Source: Hyperthermus butylicus DSM 5456 (GTDB lineage Archaea > Thermoproteota > Thermoprotei_A > Sulfolobales > Pyrodictiaceae). Taken from it: 32,000 bases of DNA. The stretch covers positions 1,470,001-1,502,000 of the forward strand of contig NC_008818.1 of assembly GCF_000015145.1 (NCBI RefSeq), given 5' to 3'. The notes under the pieces are model-generated. The model was not told the origin of the DNA and ran no database searches. It saw nothing but the letters and a program-made list of their open reading frames with translations. Position numbers and translations under genes: made by a program. This document shows positions 1 through 8,603 of the stretch, piece by piece; within the stretch, counting starts at the first letter, position 1, and every line of letters starts with the position of its first letter.

Positions 1-486
1 GACGAGCTTGAAGAACTTCTGGGGATCACGGAGAACCCATTCGGGGAACAGGGAGACATACTCGAGAGCCCCCCTCCATACCCTATCCCATGGCAGTAGC
101 TTCCTAACCTTCAGCACCACCTCCCGGTCGAAATCGCGTGGTGTCTGCTCCTGTCCACCAATCACGAACCAGCCGCGAGGGCTCACCTGGACGCACTCTC
201 CCAAAACCTCAACCATGCCCTCTGGACACTTTGAGCCAGGCCTCCTCTCGCGACTCCTCCGCAGCAGCTCTTCCAGCGTCACACTGTAGGCCCGGTACCT
301 AGGCCCATAGTGCTTAGCCCATGCGTAGAATATGGCGCGGTTGAGGCCCCAGCTCTTAGCCTTCTCAAGATCTCCCCGCAGCTGGTAGTACCGAGCAGCC
401 TGCAGCAGCGCCATAACCTGAAACCTCCCCAAGCCAGCAAGCCTTACAAGGTCCTCCGGCCGCGGCAACCCAGCCCCCTCCAACAC
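1..486 (-). CDS. hypothetical protein (5' part; gene runs off the left window edge)
   Basis: Absent from the ORF track because it has no stop inside the window. The minus-strand frame is open from 528 to 1 and reads ...LEGAGLPRPEDLVRLAGLGRFQVMALLQAARYYQLRGDLEKAKSWGLNRAIFYAWAKHYGPRY...FPEWVLRDPQKFFKLV. GTG 486 (alternatives TTG 483, ATG 414) lies ~27 nt below a TATA-like CTATAC (511-516), which suggests a leaderless start. Plus-strand ORFs 8..289 and 310..516 are low-complexity antisense shadows. No family recognised. Confidence 0.5.
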   Translation of the reverse strand, partial: MLEGAGLPRPEDLVRLAGLGRFQVMALLQAARYYQLRGDLEKAKSWGLNRAIFYAWAKHYGPRYRAYSVTLEELLRRSRERRPGSKCPEGMVEVLGECVQVSPRGWFVIGGQEQTPRDFDREVVLKVRKLLPWDRVWRGALEYVSLFPEWVLRDPQKFFKLV

Positions 487-640
487 AGCGTAGAGAACAG
501 GCTTGCCTCTGTATAGCTCTACATGTTGCTACGGGCTGACGCTGCACCATGAGAGCCCACTAAAACCCCCACGGCGCTCGTTGTAGAGATTCCGAACGAT
601 TACATAAACTACCGCTTAGCTTTTAACCTGCGCGATAATG

Positions 641-647
641 TTTAAAT
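641..647 (+). promoter_or_regulatory. TATA box (TTTAAAT) of the ABC transporter operon
   Basis: A near-consensus archaeal TATA element TTTAAAT lies in the spacer between divergent genes. The ATG at 638 used by the ORF track is part of this AT-rich element (aATGTTTAAATTT). Confidence 0.4.
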
Positions 648-715
648 TTCAGCTTACGCTACTATATTGTGTGGACTATACTACGGATACGACCGCCAAG
701 CTAGAGCTTCTAAGG

Positions 716-2455
716 GTGGGAGTTGTGGCGAGTCGTGCGGCTTTAATAGCTGGTATTGTTGTGCTTGTTGTTATTGTTGCTGGTATTGCGGTCTACTTTG
801 CCTCCAAGCCTGAGGAGAAGCCTGCAGCACCAACCGAACAGCCAACAGAACAACCAACAACAACACCAACAGAAGAAAAGCCTACGGAGACCAAGCCCCA
901 GCTACCACAGCTAACCGGCAACATAGAGGAGGACATTGTTAACATTGCAAACTACCTGATAGCAAACGGCGTCAAGGAAGTTAAGTTCACCGTCTGGGGC
1001 GCCGGTGACCCCAACAGCGTCCTTAGAACCCTGGCAATCGTCGAGGCTGCCTATAGGCTCAACAAGATACTAGAGGAGAAGGGCATAGACTTCAAGATCA
1101 TTATCGAGCAGGACTTCAAGCGTGGCGGCGGCGACCAGCTAGCAGAGAAGTTCGCCACCGCGTTCCAGAGCGCGGCCAATGCCGACATAATGGCTAACAG
1201 CTACAAGCACCTGGCAAGGTTTGCTGAGGAAGGCTACATACTCGACATAACACCATACGTTGAAGCCTACAAGGACTTCATAAGCGACTTCTACTCAAGC
1301 CTACTAGAGGCCGTCAAGTACAATGGCAAGTACTACGCCATACCACAGGACACAGAGGCTAGGCCACTCTACTGGAGGACAGACGTAGCGGCATGCATCA
1401 AGGAGAAGACCGGTGAGGACATCCTCGTAAACCTCTACGAGAAGGTTGAGAAGGGCGAGGTAACCTGGAAGGACGTCTACCGCTACGCCAAGCTAGCAGT
1501 CGAGAACGGCTGCAGCGAGTGGGGCGTACTGCACAGGAAGGGAAGCGCCCACCCAGACCTAATACAGTTCATATTCGCCTTCGGCGGCACACTATACGAC
1601 CCCAACACCAACAAGCTAGTCCTAGACGTGCCCGCTGTCTACAAGTGGCTGTACGTAGAGTGGAAGATGGCCCGTGACGGCCTCATACCAAAGGACATGA
1701 TGAGCTGGGACTGGGCAAAGCAGATACACCCAACAGTCGTCGACGGCAAGACGCTAGCCTGGATTGGCGGCACCTGGCACTGGACAGAGTGGCAGACCAA
1801 GCCATACCACACCGACCCGCAGACCGGCGAGAAGAGGCCACTAACAGCCGAGGAGGTCAAGAACTACTTCTACTACACGCTATTCCCGGCAGGTGAGCCC
1901 GGCCAGAAGCCAGTAACGCTAAGCCAGCCATTCGTGTGGTACATAGCTAGCAATGCTGGCAAGGACAACCCGAAGTACGACGAGCTCAAGGAGGCCTACC
2001 ACATGCTAGCATTCCTCCTAGTGGTCAAGGCTAGCGACCCAGACCTGGTAGCAATACACAGCATCATCAGCGCACACCTACCAGTAACCAAGAGCGCCGC
2101 CGAGCTAATCAACGATAAGGCATGGGTTGAGAAGCTAGCCAAGCTAGAGGTACAGCTAAGCGACGAGGTTAAGAACGCCATAAAGGACATAGTCGAGAAG
2201 ACGGTCAACGATATTAACGTAGAGTTCCTAGCCGATGCCAGCAAGATGCTAGAGTACACCAAGCTAACACCGATACACCCAAGGTACCCAGCACTAGCCG
2301 ACATATTCGCTGACGCAGTCAACAAGGTGTTAATGGGCGAGATGGAGCCCAAGGACGCCGTCAACTACATCATACAGAAGATCGAGGCTGACCCAGAGCT
2401 AGCAAAGAGCGTCGAGATACGGGGCGAGATACCAGAAGGCTGGACATTCCCATAA
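716..2455 (+). CDS. ABC transporter extracellular solute-binding protein (CUT1/sugar type), membrane-anchored
   Basis: Long ORF (track 638..2455) and first gene of a binding protein-permease-permease-ATPase operon. It has an N-terminal TM anchor (AALIAGIVVLVVIVAGIAVYF) followed by a Thr/Pro/Glu linker (PTEQPTEQPTTTPTEEKPTETKP), typical of archaeal binding proteins. The body is W/Y-rich. Start moved to GTG 716 (or GTG 725) because ATG 638 lies inside the TATA box. The family call rests mainly on operon context. Confidence 0.85.
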   Translation: MGVVASRAALIAGIVVLVVIVAGIAVYFASKPEEKPAAPTEQPTEQPTTTPTEEKPTETKPQLPQLTGNIEEDIVNIANYLIANGVKEVKFTVWGAGDPNSVLRTLAIVEAAYRLNKILEEKGIDFKIIIEQDFKRGGGDQLAEKFATAFQSAANADIMANSYKHLARFAEEGYILDITPYVEAYKDFISDFYSSLLEAVKYNGKYYAIPQDTEARPLYWRTDVAACIKEKTGEDILVNLYEKVEKGEVTWKDVYRYAKLAVENGCSEWGVLHRKGSAHPDLIQFIFAFGGTLYDPNTNKLVLDVPAVYKWLYVEWKMARDGLIPKDMMSWDWAKQIHPTVVDGKTLAWIGGTWHWTEWQTKPYHTDPQTGEKRPLTAEEVKNYFYYTLFPAGEPGQKPVTLSQPFVWYIASNAGKDNPKYDELKEAYHMLAFLLVVKASDPDLVAIHSIISAHLPVTKSAAELINDKAWVEKLAKLEVQLSDEVKNAIKDIVEKTVNDINVEFLADASKMLEYTKLTPIHPRYPALADIFADAVNKVLMGEMEPKDAVNYIIQKIEADPELAKSVEIRGEIPEGWTFP

Positions 2456-2459
2456 AGAG

Positions 2460-3425
2460 GTGAAAAAAGCCTTGGCCCTCCCCAAACCCCGCGTAAACCC
2501 TGCATTGTTTTTCCTCATACCCGCCCTAACGCTTATAGCCATATTCTACGTTGTACCCCTCTTCCTCTCGATATACATCAGCTTTACCCCACTCAAGAAC
2601 TGGAACATCCAGAAGTACCTTGGAGAAGTCACAACATACAACTATGAGCGTCTTATACACATGATACGCTACGACCCCGACTTTGGCATGGTTGTTAAGA
2701 CGACACTGTTCTTCGTACCCGTTACCTTGCTTATCAATGTACTTGGCGGGCTCGCCCTGGCCCTCGCAACATTCCTCATGGAGGAGGCTGTCTCGCTTCC
2801 AACCCGTGTGCTCTGGATACTCCCCCGCATGACACCTGTCGCAGTCTACTCGCTCATGTGGTACTACTTCTTCCTCGGAGATGCGAGTGGCACACTCAAC
2901 AACCTATTGATGAGGCTCGGCATTATAGACCAGCCAGTCAACTGGGGTAATGATCCCAACCTACTCCCCTACAGCGCCTGGACCATACTCGTCATAGTTA
3001 ACGCTCTTGTAGGCGTTAGCTTCGGCATGGTCGTGTTCTACAGCGCGCTCCGCAGCATCCCCCGAGAGCACATAATCGCCGCCCGCATAGACGGAGCCTC
3101 CACTTGGCAGCTCGTCCGCCACATACTCATCCCGCAGCTACGCTGGCACCTCATCTACGTTACTGTCTGGCAGCTACTGAGCCTCCTGACAACGTATACC
3201 CACATATTCCTGCTCGTTAAGTGGGGCGCTGTACACAAGTACTGGGGGAGCACCTGGGCCCTCTACGTCTTCAATAAGGCCTTCGAGGCTGAGTGGGGTA
3301 GCGAGCAGGGACTCGCCGCTGCCGCTGCAACAATACTAGTAATCATAGGCTCTGTGCTCGGCCTCATAGCGCTAAGAATACTCGGCTATGGCAAGATGAT
3401 GGGTGAGCCGAGGGGTGAGCTGTAA
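2460..3425 (+). CDS. ABC transporter permease (MalF/UgpA-like, CUT1)
   Basis: Multi-TM protein with the binding-protein-dependent permease EAA-loop variant IIAARIDGASTWQLVRHILIPQL. GTG start lies 5 nt after the upstream stop, and its own stop overlaps the next start (TAATG). Confidence 0.9.
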   Translation: MKKALALPKPRVNPALFFLIPALTLIAIFYVVPLFLSIYISFTPLKNWNIQKYLGEVTTYNYERLIHMIRYDPDFGMVVKTTLFFVPVTLLINVLGGLALALATFLMEEAVSLPTRVLWILPRMTPVAVYSLMWYYFFLGDASGTLNNLLMRLGIIDQPVNWGNDPNLLPYSAWTILVIVNALVGVSFGMVVFYSALRSIPREHIIAARIDGASTWQLVRHILIPQLRWHLIYVTVWQLLSLLTTYTHIFLLVKWGAVHKYWGSTWALYVFNKAFEAEWGSEQGLAAAAATILVIIGSVLGLIALRILGYGKMMGEPRGEL

Positions 3426-4402
3426 TGACGCTAGCAGGGACTGTTAGGAGGCTCGCTGCGAGGCTTATACCGCGCCGTGCCAGGCTGGAGGCTGAGCACA
3501 CCACTATACAGGATGTCGAGACTATCCCCCGGAGAAGGCTCACCCTAGTCATAGGCCTAGCTGTTTTGCTCGTCACCATACCCCTCATCACGCTCTACCT
3601 GCTCCTCATACTCTCAAGCTTTGCGGACAGAATGCTCTCCGGCCCGGACATATTCGAGGCTAGATACAGCCTCGAGAACTGGAAACTGCTTTTCCAGGGT
3701 AAGCTGGAGCCAGCTGCTGCACAGCTCTACACGCCCCGCGACCTACTAGTAATCATTGCTAATACGTTCATAGTGGCGCTAGGCGTTACGGCCGTGGTGA
3801 TATTCACCAGTGTCATGGCCGGCTATGCGTTCTCCCGGATGAGGTTTTGGGGCCGCCGCAGACTAATGGAGTTCATGATACTGCTACACGCCTTCCCCGG
3901 CGTAGCATTAATCATCGCAGTATACGCTATTTACGTGTGGAGCCTCTCCGGCATACCAAGGGATGTGCTTACCGCTTACCGGTTCACCTACACGATATTC
4001 GCTCGCGCCGCACTAGAGATACCCATGAGTATCTGGCTGATGAAGGGCTTCTTCGACAAGATACCCTGGGAGATCGAGTGGAGCGCAATGATAGATGGAG
4101 CCTCAAGGTTCAGAGTGTGGTGGCAGATAGTTCTCCCGCTCGTGAAGCCGGGCATAGCAGCGCTAGCGATATTTGCCTTCCTCGCCGGCTGGGAGGACCT
4201 AATCTACGTCCACGTATTCCTCTACACGGGCGGCATCAAGACCCTCGCAACCTTCATAGAGGAGGTTATAGGTAACATTGAGACAGCATACCTCCCCATA
4301 GCTGCTGCAGCTGCTACGCTCTACCTCCTCCCAACCATTGTCTTCTTCGTACTTACCCAGAAGCTCCTACTCGAAGCAATGAGCGGCGGGGTGAAAGGGT
4401 AA
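3425..4402 (+). CDS. ABC transporter permease (MalG/UgpE-like, CUT1)
   Basis: Multi-TM protein with the EAA-loop variant EWSAMIDGASRFRVWWQIVLPLVKPG. Start and stop overlap both neighbouring genes (TAATG at each end). Confidence 0.9.
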   Translation: MTLAGTVRRLAARLIPRRARLEAEHTTIQDVETIPRRRLTLVIGLAVLLVTIPLITLYLLLILSSFADRMLSGPDIFEARYSLENWKLLFQGKLEPAAAQLYTPRDLLVIIANTFIVALGVTAVVIFTSVMAGYAFSRMRFWGRRRLMEFMILLHAFPGVALIIAVYAIYVWSLSGIPRDVLTAYRFTYTIFARAALEIPMSIWLMKGFFDKIPWEIEWSAMIDGASRFRVWWQIVLPLVKPGIAALAIFAFLAGWEDLIYVHVFLYTGGIKTLATFIEEVIGNIETAYLPIAAAAATLYLLPTIVFFVLTQKLLLEAMSGGVKG

Positions 4403-5529
4403 TGGTGGAGGTGCGACTGGAGGGTGTAACCAAGAAGTTCGGGAGAGTGGTTGCAGTCAATAATGTGACGCTCACCTTTCCCGACGGGAGGTTCTCTGCT
4501 ATACTCGGCCCAAGCGGCTCCGGCAAGACTACCCTACTATACCTCATCGCTGGCATATACAAGCCTACAAGCGGCAGGATATTCTTCGGAGACCGCGAGG
4601 TAACCAACCTCCCGCCAAAGGAGAGGAACATTGGGCTCGTGTTCCAGAACTACGCACTATACCCCCACATGACGGTGTACGATAATATCGCGTTCCCCCT
4701 GCGGCTGAAGAAGCTGCCAGAGCGGGAGATAGACCAGCGCGTCCACGAGGTTGCCAAGCTGCTACGGATAGAGGAGCTGCTGAACCGCTACCCGAGCCAG
4801 CTCAGCGGTGGACAGCAGCAGCGCGTCGCACTAGCAAGAGCCCTCGTCAAGCAGCCTGACGTGCTCCTGCTTGACGAGCCGCTGAGCAACCTGGACGCAC
4901 TGCTCAGACTCACCATCCGTACCGAGCTGAAGAAGCTGCAGAGCAAGCTCGGGATAACAGCTATACATGTCACCCACGACCAGGCAGAAGCGCTAAGCAT
5001 AGCCGACACGATAGTCGTCATCGATACCGGTAGAATCCAGCAGGTAGGGTCGCCAGAAGACGTCTACCATAGGCCGCGCAACCTCTTCGTAGCAGGATTC
5101 ATAGGCTCACCCCCAGCAAACATGCTGCCAGGCGTTATTGAGAGAAGCAACGGCAACGTCTACGTGAAGGTCGCCGGAGCCAGGTTTACGCCGCGGGAAG
5201 AGCACGTCAGGGTTATCTCCGAGGCCGGGCTGGACCGCGTCATAATTGTGTTCCGGCCAGAGCACGCTAAGCTGCGCTACGAGCCAGCAAATTCGGGGTT
5301 AACAGTCCCGGCAGAGGTCTACGTGGTAGAGCCTCTCGGCAAGGAGAACATAGTATCGCTACTCGTAGCAGAGAACCTAGTCAAGATAGTAGCACCGCCC
5401 GACGTTAAGCCCGAGCCCGGCGAAAAGCTCTACATAACAGTACCCCTGGAGAGGATACTACTCTTCGACCCCGATACACAGCTAAACCTCGAATACCTCA
5501 CCGCCGAGACACACGGTGAACCAGACTAA
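4402..5529 (+). CDS. ABC transporter ATP-binding protein (MalK/UgpC-like, with C-terminal regulatory domain)
   Basis: Walker A GPSGSGKTT, Q-loop VFQNYALYPHMTV, signature LSGGQQQRVALARAL, Walker B LLLDEPLSNLD, H-loop VTHDQ. A ~130-aa C-terminal extension is typical of MalK-type sugar ATPases. Confidence 0.95.
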   Translation: MVEVRLEGVTKKFGRVVAVNNVTLTFPDGRFSAILGPSGSGKTTLLYLIAGIYKPTSGRIFFGDREVTNLPPKERNIGLVFQNYALYPHMTVYDNIAFPLRLKKLPEREIDQRVHEVAKLLRIEELLNRYPSQLSGGQQQRVALARALVKQPDVLLLDEPLSNLDALLRLTIRTELKKLQSKLGITAIHVTHDQAEALSIADTIVVIDTGRIQQVGSPEDVYHRPRNLFVAGFIGSPPANMLPGVIERSNGNVYVKVAGARFTPREEHVRVISEAGLDRVIIVFRPEHAKLRYEPANSGLTVPAEVYVVEPLGKENIVSLLVAENLVKIVAPPDVKPEPGEKLYITVPLERILLFDPDTQLNLEYLTAETHGEPD

Positions 5530-5691
5530 CCCGTAGACTTCAACCCCATTTCTTTCCAATACCGACGCCTAGGCCTAGTTCTGGGCTAGTGGATAAACGC
5601 TAGTCCAGCACTATATCCTCCCAGGGATTGTGGAGGAGGAGCTGTAGCTTTGGGCCGGGGTGGGGGAGAGCGGGGAGCCCGTAGGAGGCCT

Positions 5692-6048
5692 ATGTTTGCT
5701 ACTGGCGAGATCGTCGGCGACTATGAGCCGCTCTACCTGTACTGGCAGGAGGCTGGTGGCCGTGCCGAGGAGGCAGTGCTTAGTGGTGGGGATTTCGAGG
5801 TTCTCCGCAGGCTTGTCGAGGAGGAGGGTGTCTCGAGGCTTGACGAGGTGCTTGAGAGGCTAGCTAGCCACTTCGCGTCGAGGATTGATGCTCGTGCTGC
5901 TCGTAAGGCTCTCGAGAAATATTATGGTGTTGAGGTGTCTGAGGAGGAGGCTGCTAGGAGGATAGCTGGCATACTTGCTGGCTGGCTTGTAGAGGCTGCG
6001 GGAGAGCTTGGAATGTACCGGTTGAGGAAGAGGTGGGAGAAGGGGTAG
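5692..6048 (+). CDS. hypothetical protein
   Basis: ORF track 5650..6048. ATG 5692 is preceded by AGGAGG (cgtAGGAGGcctATG) and is preferred over TTG 5650. The product is helical and charged (…VLRRLVEEEGVSRLDEVLERLASHF…). No family recognised. Confidence 0.5.
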   Translation: MFATGEIVGDYEPLYLYWQEAGGRAEEAVLSGGDFEVLRRLVEEEGVSRLDEVLERLASHFASRIDARAARKALEKYYGVEVSEEEAARRIAGILAGWLVEAAGELGMYRLRKRWEKG

Positions 6049-6133
6049 GAGCAAGTGGCCCCAGACGTGGGGGTTGCAACCGTCAAAAACGTGAGAGCCG
6101 AGTGGGTCACCGGCTGTTGTTGAAAGTGTGGGG

Positions 6134-6790
6134 TTACTTCTGGTCCTGCTGGCCGCTTGGTGTCGGGAAGGCAGTGGGTAGCTCTGGGAACTCTGCCTTC
6201 ATCCTCTGCTCTGCTACTGCAGCAGCCTCCTCCATTATCTTCTTGGCTTCCTCGCTGTAGTATGATGGCATGCTCATGAAGCTTGTGAACTCGCCTGCCT
6301 CGGTTACCACGCTCTCTAGCAGCTCGCCGATCTCGGCCATCTCGATGCCGATTTCTGGCACTAGGCTGGTTAGGTAGCGGCGTAGGTCCTTGATCACGCC
6401 TACTACTGGTGCTAGGCCCACCAGTACGTCGCCCATGGTCATTACTGTCTCTAGCCTTAGTGTTACTCTCTCGATCGCGTACTTGGCTGTTAGCAGGCTC
6501 TTAATCATCTTCCTGAGCTCCGCTACCTCGGCAGCGTACATTGCTGCCCTTGTCTGGTCCTTCTCTATCTGTGCCTGTACAACCTTCTCGAATAGCGCCT
6601 GGTCGCGCTCCTTCATCTTAGCGATTATGTACTCTAGCTTGTTGTTCTGTACACGCAGCTTGTATAGTGCTATGGCTAGCTTGTGCCTAAGCGGCGGCGG
6701 CGGGTTGATCGTGTTCTTGATCTTCTCAATGATGCCTGGCTCCTTGGGCTGTGGGCTCCAAACTTTTGCGAAGTCCTCTACCCTAGCCAA
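6134..6790 (-). CDS. ESCRT-III / Snf7-family protein (CdvB paralogue, no C-terminal winged helix)
   Basis: 218 aa, TTG start. The core PLRHKLAIALYKLRVQNNKLEYIIAKMKERDQALFEKVVQAQIEKDQTRAAMYAAEVAELRKMIKSLLTAKYAIERVTLRLETVMTMGDVLVGLAPVVGVIKDLR matches, from memory, the helical-hairpin pattern of crenarchaeal CdvB/ESCRT-III proteins. The C-terminus is acidic. Confidence 0.65.
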   Translation of the reverse strand: MARVEDFAKVWSPQPKEPGIIEKIKNTINPPPPLRHKLAIALYKLRVQNNKLEYIIAKMKERDQALFEKVVQAQIEKDQTRAAMYAAEVAELRKMIKSLLTAKYAIERVTLRLETVMTMGDVLVGLAPVVGVIKDLRRYLTSLVPEIGIEMAEIGELLESVVTEAGEFTSFMSMPSYYSEEAKKIMEEAAAVAEQRMKAEFPELPTAFPTPSGQQDQK

Positions 6791-7307
6791 GGCTCTCAGC
6801 GCCGTTGAGTCATATTCTGGCAGCGTTTACCCAGTAAGCCCGGCGGGGTAGTGTCATGCAGCCAGAACACCTTTAAACCGCGTAGAGGATCCACGACCAT
6901 CAGCCCGCCTACATACCAGCCAAAGCTCTGATTACGGCTACGGCCTCAAGTGGTAGCACTGTGTCACCCGCACAGCCTCCGCGCGTAGAAGAAGCGCCAG
7001 GGCTAGGCGTAGCTGCTTAACACTATATACGTACTGTTGTGGCTCGGCAATAGCAGTGTCTCGACTCGTCCCTCCTAGAGCCCTCTAAGGCCCGTGGTTG
7101 GGTGAGGCTGGCGTGGAAGGGCCATGCTGAGAATAATTTGGCCACCTACTACTCGCTGTGGGCCTCGTAATAGCTGTGTAGGCATGAAGCCATGGCTGAC
7201 CCTAGTAACTCTTGACAAGCACTTTGAGGCTATACGTGACCACGTGGCGCCAGAGCTGCGGCTAGTATGCGGTGTTACATGGGTCCTCGTGGGGTGCCGG
7301 GTGTTCC

Positions 7308-7314
7308 TTTTTAT
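7308..7314 (+). promoter_or_regulatory. TATA-like element (TTTTTAT) upstream of the M20 peptidase gene
   Basis: The AT-rich heptamer lies ~45 nt upstream of ATG 7356 and inside the longer 7272 ORF. This argues for the shorter start. Confidence 0.4.
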
Positions 7315-7355
7315 CGCTGCCCGGGGGCTTGTTCCACGTAGGTGTGTTGGCCCCC

Positions 7356-8603
7356 ATGTCCTCTAGTGGTGGTAGCGAGGAGCTCTATGTTGTTAGGTTA
7401 TTGGAGAAGTTGATCTCCGTGCCAACTGTCAATCCTCCTGGCGAGAACTACCAGGAGATGGCTACGCTGCTGAGAGAGGAGCTTGAGGCTCTAGGCCTGG
7501 AGGTTAGTATTGTGAGGGTTCCCGACGATGTTGTCGAGAAGTATTATCCCTGGGCTCAGGGCTATCCTCGCTTCATAGTCGTTGCCCGTCTCTACTCGGG
7601 TGCTGAAGAGCAGCCTGTGCTGCACTTCAACGGGCACTACGATGTTGTGCCGCCGGGGCAGGGGTGGAGCCTCGACCCGTTCAAGCCGGTGGTACGCGAC
7701 GGGAAGGTCTACGGCCGTGGCGCGAGCGACATGAAGGGCGGCATAGCTGCCATCATTGCTGCTGTCCGGAGCCTTGTGGAGCAGGGCTGGAGGCCTCGGA
7801 AGGGTGTGCTAGAGCTGAGCTTTACGCCCGACGAGGAGACGGGTGGCGAGACCGGCGTAGGCTACATGCTCGAGGAGGGCATAGCGCTTCCAGACTATGC
7901 TGTGGTGGCTGAGCCCAGCACCACTGAGCGGATATGGATTGGTAGCAGGGGTAACCTCTGGCTAAACGTTCACATCTACGGTAAGCAAGCGCACGGCTCA
8001 ACACCTTGGAGTGGGCTTAACGCGTTCGAGGGAATGGTCGAGATAGCCTATCGACTCATACACGAGTATAAACCGCTTCTCGAGGAGAGGAAGACAGACC
8101 TGCCAATGGATGATCCCAGAGCCGCCAAGCCAACTGTAACGCTTGGCGGCGAGGTGCAAGGCGGGGCGAAGACGAACATCGTGCCAGGCTACTACCGGTT
8201 TAGCATTGATCGCCGCATAATACCCGGCGAAAACCCCGACGAGGTGGAGAAAGAGCTGCGAGAATTCATAGACCGTGTCTCTGCGCCTTTGCGCGCCCGG
8301 GGCTACCGTGTCGAGGTAGAGGTTACCGCTAAGGCGCCCGCGACATGGATACCGCCTGACCACAACTTTGTGGAGCTCGTAGCCTCAACCATACGCGACA
8401 TGCTAGGCATAGAACCCCTCCGCACCATCTGCGTAGGGGGCCTCGATACTAGGTACTTCCAGCTCCGCGGCATACCAGCTGTAACCTATGGCCCAGGTGC
8501 ACTCGACGCTGCCCATAAGCCCGACGAGTACGTACCCATAGAGGAGCTTGTTAGGGCTAAGAAGGTCTACATGGAGCTTGCAAAGAGAGTACTTGGAGCC
8601 TAG
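7356..8603 (+). CDS. M20 family metallopeptidase (ArgE/DapE/ACY1 family deacylase)
   Basis: Motifs LHFNGHYDVVP (His/Asp metal ligands), GRGASDMKGG (bridging Asp), TPDEETGG (catalytic and ligand Glu-Glu), a dimerisation-domain insert, and a C-terminal AAHKPDEY His ligand. Start set to ATG 7356 (track 7272). Confidence 0.9.
   Translation: MSSSGGSEELYVVRLLEKLISVPTVNPPGENYQEMATLLREELEALGLEVSIVRVPDDVVEKYYPWAQGYPRFIVVARLYSGAEEQPVLHFNGHYDVVPPGQGWSLDPFKPVVRDGKVYGRGASDMKGGIAAIIAAVRSLVEQGWRPRKGVLELSFTPDEETGGETGVGYMLEEGIALPDYAVVAEPSTTERIWIGSRGNLWLNVHIYGKQAHGSTPWSGLNAFEGMVEIAYRLIHEYKPLLEERKTDLPMDDPRAAKPTVTLGGEVQGGAKTNIVPGYYRFSIDRRIIPGENPDEVEKELREFIDRVSAPLRARGYRVEVEVTAKAPATWIPPDHNFVELVASTIRDMLGIEPLRTICVGGLDTRYFQLRGIPAVTYGPGALDAAHKPDEYVPIEELVRAKKVYMELAKRVLGA

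Noticed and set aside
1639-5021. Nested or antisense ORFs inside the ABC transporter genes (1639..1860, 1996..2364, 3364..3591, 3847..4275, 4353..4631, 4788..5021)
   Set aside because: All lie within genes that have clear family motifs in another frame. Their translations are compositionally biased.
6390-6851. 153-aa plus-strand ORF opposite the ESCRT-III gene
   Set aside because: It is an antisense shadow. The minus-strand product has a recognisable Snf7-like core and this one has none.
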